This document shows positions 1-12,800 of a stretch of 64,000 nt of DNA, piece after piece. The notes beneath the pieces were generated by a model, which did no database searches, was not told the origin of the DNA, and was given only the letters and a program-made list of their open reading frames with translations. Within the stretch, counting starts at the first letter, position 1; each line of letters starts with the position of its first letter. This DNA comes from Paraspadella gotoi (lineage: Eukaryota > Animalia > Chaetognatha): NCBI GenBank assembly GCA_051294375.1, contig CM119266.1, forward strand, positions 19,293,657 to 19,357,656, given 5' to 3'. A program made the position numbers and the translations under genes.

Positions 1-821
1 TGAACTTTTTATGAGGAATTCGAATCTGCTTTCAAAACTAAGAATACATTATTTTAAAATTTTAACATTTTCTATGGTAAGTACTATGTATAAATATGGG
101 GTTATGCGAATATTGAGAAATTTTAAAAGAAATTTTTTTATATATCAATGTTCTTTAGTTCAAGACTGTTCATGATTAACTATTCGAATTTTGATCTGCA
201 ACTTTCACTGCGCCTTATTGTACAGTGTGAACGAGCAGGATCTATTGTTTTATTATTTAGGATAATTTTTAAGTGTTGAAATAAGGCAATTCAAAAAGTA
301 TATATTAAAAAAATATATATTCAAAGAATCTTATTCTCAAAAGTTAAGGTTTTCTTACACTTATCCAAATAAGGTTTTCTTTTATGATTTTATAAATACA
401 CAGTATTCATACAATATTGCTGTCAAATTACCAAAAGAAAGGCGCCGGACTAAAGTTTTGGGGACGACGTGACGCTATCTTCGTCGGCTGGAACCAAAAT
501 AAAATACATTATTTTAACAGAAATACTTGGCGAGCGGCAGCGTAATAGGCACTAAATACGATTCGAATATAAGTCAAAACCCTGTATTCTTTCATATGAT
601 GAAAATTCTTATTAAACTAAAAATATTTTTACAATAAGCGTTAATAAATTTATACGAATTGTATTCGTTTTTAGGTTATAAAGCTTTCTTTCTTCTCAAT
701 CTTAGATGATCATCTAATAATAGCAAGTTATTAATGATATATTTTATATATTAGGCTTTCAACAACCCATCCAAGAAGCTAAATAAGCACATTATACAAC
801 AAAGATTTAACATTTCAAGTC

Positions 822-3800
822 TCACTTTGCTTTTCTCGTGGCGACGGCGGCATCGTTAAGAGCGGCGGTATTTTTTTCCACCTTTTTTCCAGCGGAGGAA
901 ATGAAGGCGGCGACTTCGGGTTCATCGTCCTCGATTCCGTTCGTCGTCGTCGTCGTCGTCGCGGCGGGAAAATTCAGTTGTGATCCTTCGTTATTGGCGT
1001 GCGTCGTCGAATGGCGGGAGAGCGCCGCTGCGCTGCCGAGTAAGCGACCGCAGACGCCGCACTCAAATCTGAGAAAAGTAATGATTATGAATTACACCGT
1101 GAACGACACCATTAAGAAGAAAGGATTCTGGTAATTAAATAGTTTGTAGTAGCGCGTAGAATCTTTACTTTTTGGGTCCTGCGGTTTTGACGGGAGCGGC
1201 GGAGGCGGCGATCGAAGGCAACGTCTTCTCCGTGGCATCGAGACCGACAGTCGGTTTGGAGTTGAGGACGGGGGCACTCACCGCCGCCGTCCCCACGATT
1301 GTCGTTAGTTGACATTTCACGCTGAACACAAATCGTTTTATTATTAATACAATTTAAGAGCGAAATTCTCATGCTAGTTTGACCCACATGTGTTTAGCGA
1401 GGAGGTTGGCGCTCTTAAATTGCCTCTCGCATCGGGGACACGCGGCCTCGTTCGTCCAGGTTTTCACAGCATCACGTGGTGTCATATCCTTGGCGCCCTC
1501 ATCAACATTCTCCCCAGTCTTTTCCACCATAATTTCTCCCGGCTCAGGTTCGTCGAAGATACTGGATGCCTGAATGTTTAAGAGTTGTATCAAATAGATT
1601 AACAGTGACTTGACAATTTGAAAATTATTCCGTTTTAGTAAAAATATAAAAGTTGATGTGTTCTAGTTAGTACTATAGTGCAATAAAATCTGATCAAGGC
1701 GTCGAGAGAAGAAACGGGTGTTGCTTTAATTAGTTCTTAGTATAGTCTACAGATCGTCTACATATTTGACCTCTTAAAAAATTGTAAAAATAAAAATTTA
1801 GCCTTTTTTGAATATCAAAATTGACCTCGATAGTTCATTTATATATATATATTTTATTCTATATATGTAAAATTTCAAAAAGTTCGATCGGTTTGGCAGG
1901 AACCTCATTTTATAATATAATACGTTCTCAGCCTAAGACTCAGTCGAAATGACGCGCTAATTACCATGACGTTGTTCTGCCTTATGGCGTTGAGTTTGGC
2001 AGAAGACTTTTTTCGCTTTGGTTCGTCGTCGTCGTCGTCGTCCTCCTTTTTCTTCTTCCTCTCTCTGCCGCTGCGTCGCGGGACCGGCTGCGGAGGTACC
2101 GCGGTCTGCGAGACGTCGCTGGAGACCAATGCCGGGATGACTTGAGCAGCATTGGAGTCGCCGACGAAAGGGAGACCGTGGTCAAGGTGGTTCGTGGTCA
2201 AGGGTGCGTCGACGCCCGCAGTAAGGGAAGCGTTCGGTGGAAGCGGCGAAGAAGTCTTAAGAGTAAGGGCAATCTTATTAAAAATAACAAAATAAAAAAG
2301 AAAACATTTTTAAACAACTAATCACCCATACAGATTTAAAAATAATTTTTTTGTTTTTCATCCGGGCGATTTTGCTTTCCCAGTGAGACAAATAGCATGA
2401 TAAATGTCGTAGTTTACAATTTAAAAAAGTTTTTAAAAAAATATTTACAAAAACGTCACGATTTTTATAACAATTGTATTATTATTTGTTTCTTGTTTCT
2501 AGTTTACGTATATATATATTATTAACTGCTATTTTTTACCACTCGATTTGGTTTAAGTGGTAATATATTTAAGTCGTAAACAAAACGAAGGAAAAGAGTA
2601 TAAAAACTCTTTTGTCCGATACTAACCTTAATTTTTTTGTGAGGCGGTCCGCCATCATTTCCGTCCTCCTCGAAGTCAGCGTCGGATGAAGATGAAGGAT
2701 GACTTATGTGCGTCTCTATGTGGGCGTTGAGCGCCTCCGCTGAGGCCAAAGAACACTTGCAGAAGGGGCACTCGTAGCAGGGCAGACGAGGCGTCGGGGA
2801 ATTCGTGGTCTGAATCGCTTCTTGCGCCGAACCACAATCCGATCCAGAAACCAGATCCGGCGCCGAAGCCGTCTCCGCCTCCTCGTCCTTGACCGGCGCC
2901 TCAGAGATGGCGTCGAAGAGACCTTCGTTGCTCGTGGCGGAGGCGGCGTCGATACTCGGCGACGCCAGCATCGAGGGAGCCAAGGCTGGCATCGCTACGC
3001 CGATCTCCGCCAGGCTGGAGACGACAGCGACCCCTGGAGAAGACGTCATCGCCAAAGAGATTCGAGATGCGGCCGATACAGAGTTTAAAGGGGCGCGGTC
3101 TTCGGAGGAGGCGTCGATTTCCTCGAGGTCGTCGTCGTTTCGATCTTCGTCGTCAAGGACGCGGATTCCCAGTTGTGCCGCCAGAGCCGCTTCTGTGTCC
3201 TCCGCGCCGATCTCGCCGGGTTCGAGACCGACGAGACCCCCGGCGCCGTCCAAGGCCCCGACCACCGTCGTTATTGCTGACGAAGGCGGCGCACCGAGGC
3301 CAACGGGAGAACCAAGTTCGGATCCTGATGCTGCTGCCACCGGATTGGAGGGAGAGTTCATCGCAGTCAGTCCGAGCAGATCCGCCGCTTGGATGGAGAG
3401 CTGAAGAAAAAGGATGGGTCAGATGAGAATCGTGCAATAGATCAATTACAATACGATAAAACCTATCAGGCCTTTATTGTGTGGATAAAATCTCGAGTAA
3501 AAATTTCAGTATAAGTTTCAAAAATTAGGGGTGTCGTGAGGTTCAGGTTTCGTGAAAATAAAAGGCAACCCCGTAATCCCTTGATTGACGAAACTTTGTA
3601 GTTTTTTAATCGATAAAGACCAAAGAGTCCTAATTACTGAATTGTCCTAATCACCTCCGATGAAATGGCGGAATTTCCCAGATTTGGATTTTCTACCATC
3701 GATGCGACGACATTGAGAGACGTGCCGCTTCCCTCGCCGTGATTTGCGTCCATCGCGGCCAGCATAGGAGCCGAAGACGCTTCGGACGTCGTCATGGAGA

Positions 3801-6800
3801 TTTGGGAGGAAACATTGGTATTGGCGGCCGCGGTCAAAGCCACGCCCAATTTCTGCATCGCGCTCGACTCTGCATCCGGGTCGTCCGCTCGCACCACAGT
3901 CCGTATCAAACCGCTGGTGGCGCTTAAAGTTTTTAACGGAGTTTCCTAAACGATAACAGAAAAATTCATTGCAAACGTCCGGAAAAAAAAACCTTTCAAT
4001 TGAAGATAGACATTCGGAACGAAACTTACCTTTGGTATATTATGAACGGTGTGCATGTGACGCTTGAGAGAGAATCCCGTGGAAAGGCCCCTTGCACATT
4101 CAGAGCAACGATACCGGTTGTTCATCGTGATCTGCGAGACTGTCGTCTTAGACGGACTCACTCCGCCGTCGGAAATGCTTTGATCATCGGCCGAATCGTC
4201 CGCGGCTGCAGCGCCAGCAGTTGGAACAATCCCGACCACATCTCCGTCCACGGGGGTCGTTGGCATCTCGATAGAAACGCCGACGCCAGATGGAGAAGAG
4301 TCGGCAGCAGCAGCAGCCGCCGCGGCGACGGTGCCGTACGCGACGGTTTGAGTGAAGGATCCGTCTGGTAACTGCATGATCTGTTGCCCATACATCAACG
4401 GTTGGGACTGACCAAGCAGCGCCATAGTCACTTGGGTATCGTGCCCTCCCTATGTAATACATCAAAGTGAGGGCGATGGTGAATCTGACCGACTTTCAGT
4501 CCGCTCTTCAAAGAACGGTTATTGTTAAAGAAATAAACATTACTTGCTCTTGATTAAAATTATATTTGCAAAAACAATTCTGTAGTCTACAATGTATAAA
4601 CTATAAAATAATCTTTCAATATGAAAATCTATTTCCTTTTTCGTCCATATTTCTTAATTTAAAAATAAAAAAAAACATTAAATTTGGCTTTGTTGGGATA
4701 ACCTAATTGGCAAGAAGGGGAAGCAGGAAGGCGGGAGGGCAAGGACGGTCATCCAGACTTAGAAGCGACATACCTGTCCGCCGCCTGCCATCGTCAAGGT
4801 TCCATCCGGTTGGTAACTGAAAGTGGCGGCTCCCGAGATGGAACTCCCACCCGCGATGGCGGTTGCCGTGGCGACGAGACTGCCGTTGCCGCCACCATCT
4901 CCACCAACAACCCCTTGCTGAGCAGCAACCACATTTTCTAAACTGGCGAGCTCTGCCGTGCTGAGTTGTTGCACGGTTGCTGCGGCCCCACTGTCTGAAC
5001 CCTGTTGTTGTTGCTGCTGCTGTAAGAGTTCGTAAATTTGATGCTGTTGTTGGAGGTAGGCATCGGCCGAAATTTGAGTGTTAGATTGCGTAGTTGTTCC
5101 TGGGTTGAAAAAAACAAGGCTTCAGTATCTACTGGTGAGAAGTTTTACTATAATTGCATTTAATAAAACCGTAGTAATACCAGTAGTGGTTATCGAATGG
5201 CCGGTTTCGGTAGGAAGGGACGGTTCGGTGCCGTCTAGAGTCGCGGAGTGACCCGACGTCGTGGACCCCAACACGCTGGCAGCTTCTGCTGACGAAACCA
5301 TTGGTAGCGTCGCATCGGTCGATCCTGACGAATACAGGTAGATTTTTTTTTAAGTTTGAATTATGTTTTACCTTTTTTTAATAAAAATCCTTACCTTGCA
5401 ACTGCAAAGTTGAAGGATCGACCATAACTTGTTGCACTTGAGATCCGGAGAGGAGTTGTTGACTCCACTGTTGGGTTTGTAATTGTTGCTGAGCCTGGAC
5501 GAGTGCTGCTTGAACGGCTGCGGTCGCCGCCGGATCTGTACTGCTGACAACTTGACCGTGTTCATTAAACAGAAGCTGTCCGCTGCCTGTACCACTGAGT
5601 AACTCTGTAGTAAAAAGAATGGAAATTAATAAAAGAAGTGGAACTGAAGAGATTTGTATTTAGATATTTACCTGCCGCCTGTTGAATCATTGCCGGAGTA
5701 AAGATTATCTGTTGACCGGAGACGCCGAAGACTTGTGCGCTCATCGAAGTGTTGAAGTCAGTCTGTGACGCTGACGGAGATTCTGCCGATTCCGCCGTCT
5801 CGCCGAGTTGCGACGCCAGAACCGGTTGACTCGACTAATGAGAAAATACAATGAGATACTGTAGTCGTATGGAGGAGGAACAACTGTCCCGTCCGTTACA
5901 TGAGGCCATTTGATTCCACTCGAGTCTCTCTGTCTCTCATCAAAAGTCGTATACCGTATACCCTCAAGCCTGGTTCCCAGCCCAGGACCCGTTCCATTGC
6001 TGCTTGAGGAGTTAAAGAAGTTGAGAACAGCACTTTTCAGCCCACTTAGCGCCTTATCCACACCTATCTCTCCGACGGTGGAATGTTGGGGTTTTTTTTT
6101 TTGGGGGGGGGGTTATATTTATCATGTAACAATGTTTTGTTTAATTTACAATAAAAATTGAGTTATGAGGTCTAATATCAAACGACAGTATCTCAGGATT
6201 TTCAAAACTTTTAACGCTTCCACCCTTCCAGTTGATTCTTTCTTAATCTTGATTCTCACCTGCGACTGCGCGTCATCGTTCGAGGAAGAATCTTCGTCCT
6301 TCTTTCGTTTCAACTTGATGAGTGGCTTGACGCCCTCGTGAACAGCCTTGACGTGCCGTTTGAGATTGTAGGAATTGTAGAATGTTTTTTTGCACTGATC
6401 ACAGAAATGCACTTTGGGCTGTCTTTCGACCGAAGCGCCGGTTGCGTTAGTGGCGGCGGATCGCTCGCTCTCCACGTCGCTTCCGGTATCGTCCAGCGAA
6501 AGGCTGCCCCTCGAGGCGGCGTGACCGGTAATCTCGCCGGGCTCGACGCCGTCGAGACGATCCTCATCCTCGTCGTCGGCGTCATCGTCAACAAGCGTGC
6601 CGCGATGTTGGAGGCGGCGTCGGCGGCGAACCTCGTCTTCCTCGTCCTCCGGCTCGAGTGCGTGTTGGGGCTCGTGAGACGCGCAAGCGCCCGGGTCGTG
6701 GATCTCGCGGGGGGAGGCGCGGTCGTGGATCTCGCGGGGCGAGGCGCGGTCGTCGCGATTGAGATCACCCGACGGAGAAGGCGGCTCCAGAACCGTGAAC

Positions 6801-9800
6801 TGTCCGTGGCCGCGATGTTGTTGTTGTTGTTGTTTTTGTAATTGTTGGAGTTGTTTATGTTGCTGGTGAAGCTGAATATGTTGTTGTTGTAGTTCCTGCT
6901 GTGACGCTGATTGTGAATTTGGAGGAAGCTTTTGTAAGACGTTTCGTTGATGCTGGATGACGGCGGCGGCGGCGTCGTTCTGCAACGCCGACGTCGAATG
7001 GAGATTGGCTCGCTTTAAAGCTTGCTCTTTAAGTCTCTTGGCCTCGTGCCCCTTGATGTGGCGCTTCAATGACTGATTGGACATAACCTCAGCTCCACAC
7101 AAATTGCACTTGAACCTCTTTATTTCCGGCTCGGGGGCCGCGGCCGTGATTATCTCGGGTCCGATAGACAACATGTCCACGGGCGGCCCCTTACCAATTT
7201 CCGCTTGCAACGAGGTCGGAAATTTCGGAGGTTTTTTGCCTTGGAAATGGAAGGGGGGGAAAAGATAGCGGTAGAATCGAGGAGGGAAAAATAAATTAGA
7301 ATTTAGAGACGAGTTAGAAATACCTAGAGTGCCTGTGGCTACAGCCTCAATAACATCATCAAGATTGAACGTCTCGACCTCGTCGTCGTCCTCGTCGACT
7401 TCTTGAGTGGCGGCCAGCGGTATTCCGGGATTTCCCCCAACATCGGCGACGTCGGCGACTCCGGCGACGCCGAGCGCTGCGGCGGAGGCCACCGCGTTGT
7501 CCTGGTTTCCGCCGCTGCTGATGACGGTTTCTTGGCTTCCAATGTCCTCCATCAGAGCAGCTCCGCCGGCGACTTGCGATATTTGGGCCACCTGATATTT
7601 TTAAAAGATGTTATAATTTGGGGGGTTTTGGAAAAGACGTGCATCTCCAAACTCTACCTGAAATTGCTGCAGCTGTTGAAGTTGGTCTGGCGATTGGACA
7701 ACTGAGGTTTGCTGAATAAAGGCCTGTTGATTTGCTAATTGTGTTGCTGCGATGAGTTGCTGTTGCTGTATGAGCAACTGCTGAGTGGTTGCGGGATCGG
7801 TCAAAAGGCTTTGTCCATCTGGTGTCACCATTTGAAATACGATTTGCTGATTCCCGTGTTCGTCCACAGTAAGCACTTGTTGCAATTGGCCCGTTTGCAG
7901 CATTGTGACTAGGTCTAGCTGCGGCTGTAACGCAGCCTGCGGGAGAGCCGCTTGTTGTTGCACGACTTCCACCTCATCTTGCTGATGTTGTTGCTGCTCT
8001 TCCTCCAGCTGCTGCAGTTGTTGTTCTTGCTGTTCGGCGATTTTCTCTGCAGCATACTGCTTAAGAGTCTCTGGGTCAGGCACTTCGTCTCCACGTTTTT
8101 TGTGCAACTTGATGTGACGATTAAGATTTATTCGTCCAGCCAAAAGTTTGTCGCATAGCGGACAATTGATGGGGATTCGGTCTTCGGCTTTCACCGTCTG
8201 AAAGTATAAAATTGTTAATTCAAATAAAAAATTGTTAATTCAAGATCGACAATGCAAGCTCGTCTGTTTAAGATCGTAAACCAAGATGATCTATGATCGA
8301 TAGACAATGACCAACGACTACTAATAAGAGATAAAAGGACAGTGGACAGGTTGATCCATGTAGTGGTTGAGGCGATTAACCGAAAGCGGCAAAATTAAGA
8401 CTCACCCGAATCCTCCTGGGTTTTCCCGGAGTTTGAATGGATTGTCCATCGGTCATTTCTGAATCCGAATCGAGATCCTGGTTCGCCTTGCCGACCGCAA
8501 TCGGGTCGCCAGTCACGTCATGGGCTTGGATGACCGGGCCGAGCGTCACCCCCGTCACAGATGACGCCGTCGAAGACGCCGCGACGGAAAAAGCAATTTG
8601 GCTCGGGACCGAGGCGTCGACGTCAATGGAATCCGGCGCACGGGAATCCATTCGTGATAGTTGCTTTTGAGGGTCAACCAGCACCGCCGTCGTCGTCGTC
8701 TGATTAACCGAATTTGGGGTCGAACTCTCAGCTGGTTGCGCTCCCTAGGAAGGGCGGAGGAGGAAAAAAGTAGAACGTACTCGTTATCAGGGTCGTATCT
8801 TTGGACAAAGGCAAAGCGACGAGACTAATTTGACGTAAAAGCCATAAAGATAAACGGAAAAATATAAAGCGAAAAACAAATAAGTAAACAGAACAAAGTA
8901 GGTCGGGATTTTTTTTTTTTTGACAAACGGTGAGAAAAACTGTTGTGGCGGATTTTCCCTCGCGCGGAAGGAAATGACCATGAGACGGAAATTAAGTGCA
9001 TCAGTCCATGACGAAAAAAAAAAAAATGAGAAAAGCGGACAAAAGTGCAAAAAAGATTCACTCAAAACACGATTTGGTAAAATGGGTTTGGAGAGTCGAG
9101 ACTTGAGGCGCGGGATCGGGTTGACGCCATTTTACAATCCAGAACAAAATCTGACCTTCACCGAAAGACGCACACATAAACGGAAGATTACTGGAAATAG
9201 GAAGGGAAGTTCGACTCTTTTTCCTTTTATAACAAAAATCTCCCTCTAATTGCTCGTACAGCAACAGGCGCCGCAACTGACTTTATTTTTAGAATTAGTA
9301 TCTGCAAAATATTTATTAGTTTACTAGAAATCCAGTTGCAGCCAGTGATGTACCAGAATCATGCAACAAACGAGTTCATTGAACTTCATTACAGTTAGGA
9401 GATAGCAAGGCAAACGAGTACTCTTTCTAATAATTTTTGACACTATATTTGTAATAATAAAAAAATACGAAAAAATTTTAAGTATAGGGTATATATATAA
9501 GAACAAATAAATTTCTACGAATTAGGATTTACAAAGGTCTAATTAGACACTGACAACAAACGAGCTCTTCATTTTTTTCAGTCATCCGACCATATTCAAC
9601 TCTGTTAAATTTAAACTATAAACATATATGCCAATTGGACAAAAACTGTATTAAAATAACTTGTTTAGATCGACACGTTTTATAGTCAATGTATCCCAAT
9701 GATATTGACCGATAATTAAAAAGCAGTTAAAAAATAAAAAATAAAAAAGTAAAACTCGTTTCAATTAAATGTTTTTTAAAAAATATTTGAAAAAAAAATC

Positions 9801-12800
9801 AAAAGATAATATGATAAACGGTAAGAAATTATCATTGATGCTCACGATATCTAAAAGTAAACGGTAAGTACCATTGGGACATACTGTATAATATAATTTT
9901 TTAAACAAAAACTTTTGGAGTTTTCCGCGCTAAAAAATTAAAACTTGAATATAGCTTTTGCACTTACAAAATTAGTTTTAAACATTTTCAATTTTACATT
10001 TTTATGAAAAAATTGCAAAGCAATTATGCTTAAGGTAAAATTTTGTGTATTATTATACTATTATAATATATATTAGCATATTCAAAATATGTTAATTATT
10101 TTTAATGATAAATATTTAATAAATAAATATTTAAATTTCTTAAAATGATAACTTTAAGAAGGTTCTCAATTTTAACTTTTGACCAACCGATTTAAGGCTC
10201 AAAAAAAAAATATACATACTATTTTTATACATATATCGTACATACGATTCTACAAGGTAGTCTTATCCCTAAAGAAAAAAATAATCATACTATCTAACCG
10301 TAATCCCCCAAAAAATTATCCATTCTCCCATTTTTTCGATTCATTAGATATTATGATTTTGGATACAGAAATGATGTACGATATCTATTAGAAAACTACA
10401 GCAGAAAGTTACCTAACCTTGTGTAGATGCACCCTCTATTTTCAGAAAACAACACTAACGTCCCCATCCCAAAAATAAAGTTAAATATTTAACAAAGAAA
10501 AAATATCATAAAAAAATAAAATCGTAAATATTATATTAAATACTTTAAAATCTAAAAAACTAAAGATAGTGAAACAAGTAATTTTGAAATTTTCATGAAG
10601 TTTTACAATAAAGAAAGGGTTTTATAATTTGAGAAATAAATTAAAATAGATTCCTTAAAATATATAAAATAATTTCTAAAAAAATATTATCAACAATATA
10701 TAATAATTATAAAATATCATAATCATAAAATTCATAAAATTTGACAGTAACAGAAAACAAAAATTAAAAAGTTAAAATATTTTCAAAATCTAATAGGGTA
10801 CAACTAAGAGTACAAAAACTATTACATAATTATAATATCTGGCTTCTAGTCACCGGAGACAGCATTCTTCTTAACACACCATGAACCAAATGGACTGATA
10901 AGAAAGACGTCAATTTTCATAGCTTTTTATAGCTAGCATAATTGACGTTTTACAAGTATCGATTTTAGTTAAAAATTATTATCATTATTGAGAAATTACA
11001 GAAGGCTTCATATTATGAAATGTGGTACCCCTTTTTTGTGACCAGTATCTGTTTCCACCAAACTACCCGATCGAATTTAATAAAATTTTACATTTAGAGT
11101 GCTAATGACTATATAAATGGAACTATCGAGGCAAATTTTGATATTCAACCCCTGACAAGAGATACAGGGCCCTGGGGGTGGACCTCTGGGGGGCCAAAAA
11201 ATGCTAAAAATCTTATTTTAATTTTTCAAAATTTTTTAGTAGCATCAGGTGCATTGACGTTTTAAACATAAGAAAAAAACTTTTTAGAACTAAAATTGAA
11301 AAATTTGAAAGAATTAACCATGGTTGAAGATGCATGGTTCATCGCTTTACTTCCAATTTTTCCAAATTATTCCAAATCTGATGTTCATGAAGCTAAAAAT
11401 TAAGGTAAATGAATATTTTTGAGGTAATAAATACGTTTTTGTAGAAGAATAAACGCCTGTGCAACTGTTCAAAACAAAAACAAAAACATTTTTGACCATT
11501 TTTTGCCCCCATGGGTAACTTCCCGGGGGGCCCATATCTCGACTCAGCGGTCAAATATTGAAATTCGCTTCGATATTTTTGTTAGTATTCACATAGGGAT
11601 CATTCATTCCAAATTTCAATAAATTTGGTCCAGTAGTTTTCTCGGAACGAGTTCTGGTCACAAAAAAGGGGTACCACATTTTATAACATGAAGCCTTCTG
11701 TAATTTTTTTTGCAAAAGATGAAATAGCTGAGCCGACCATTCAACGCGTATATTAAAGATCTAACAATGCATAATTTTTCATTTGGTATTCAAAAATGTT
11801 GTAATGAGAGTTGTAGTTTTTATGGACGTTGTCATGATTATGGTTTTTGTTAGGAATGTAACGGTGATTATTGTGGTCTTTGTCAAGGTTGTAGTGGTAA
11901 TAGTGATTGAAATTATTATAACTACAGTAGTTCTCTTTGCTATCATTTTTATTTTAGTAATTATTGTTTTTACTGTAGTTCTGGAGTAATTATGGTAGTT
12001 ATGATTGTTATAATTATAATAATTATTATTGCATCATTCATGAACATTTCACATGTAAAGAAGACAAAAAAATATTATAAAAAATAACTTTTTTTCATTT
12101 AAGCTTAGACGTATTGATTTTTTTATTTTCTATCAGGCAATTTGGCTCATGGGGCCGATAAGTATATAGTAATGCTTTGAAAGCTTTCAATATTATAACG
12201 ATGTATATAACACTATACAATTTAACTTTAAAACAATGAACAAGGATTAACGATGGTTTACTAGGGGTCACAAAAAATTTGATTTCATAAGTTGGTCAAA
12301 AATTATCTAAAAAATTAATTAAATTCAGTTAATAATTGAATCAACTTTTTCACACTTATTGACATTACTAAGTGTGAATATTTAAATTGACAAATTAGTA
12401 CCTAAGATTGGTTCGGATAGTTTTTAGAAAAGTTTCTTATAACCCAAATTAATAATAAAAACATGAAGCAAATAAGATATCGTTTAAATTGCCTACTTCT
12501 ATGAGAAACACTTCATAACACTTATCAATCGTGAAAGAAAAGAAGCGCAAGGGTCTTTCTTCATAGAAAAGAGCAGGGTTTTTGGTCCATGGTGGACTGA
12601 CCTTGAAATGGGTTCTGATGTGACGTTTTAAAGAATCTTTAGTGGTGACTGTACGCCCGCAATAAGTGCATTCGTGAGTCTCCTATTCGGGCATTCATGA
12701 TTTCGTGTGATATGAGATATAAGTGGATGGGATCAGGGACATTAGGATCCAGATTGGAATTAAAAACCACAGTTAAAGCATCATGGACAGAAACTTGGCC

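Noticed and set aside
2822-8670. Many + strand ORFs over the zinc-finger exons (also 22477-23094 on - and 38764-39186 on +)
   Set aside because: Antisense shadows of GC-rich exons, with no splice chain or domain of their own.
11783-12030. Hydrophobic Val/Ile-rich ORF
   Set aside because: Degenerate trinucleotide (GTT/ATT) low-complexity intron sequence.
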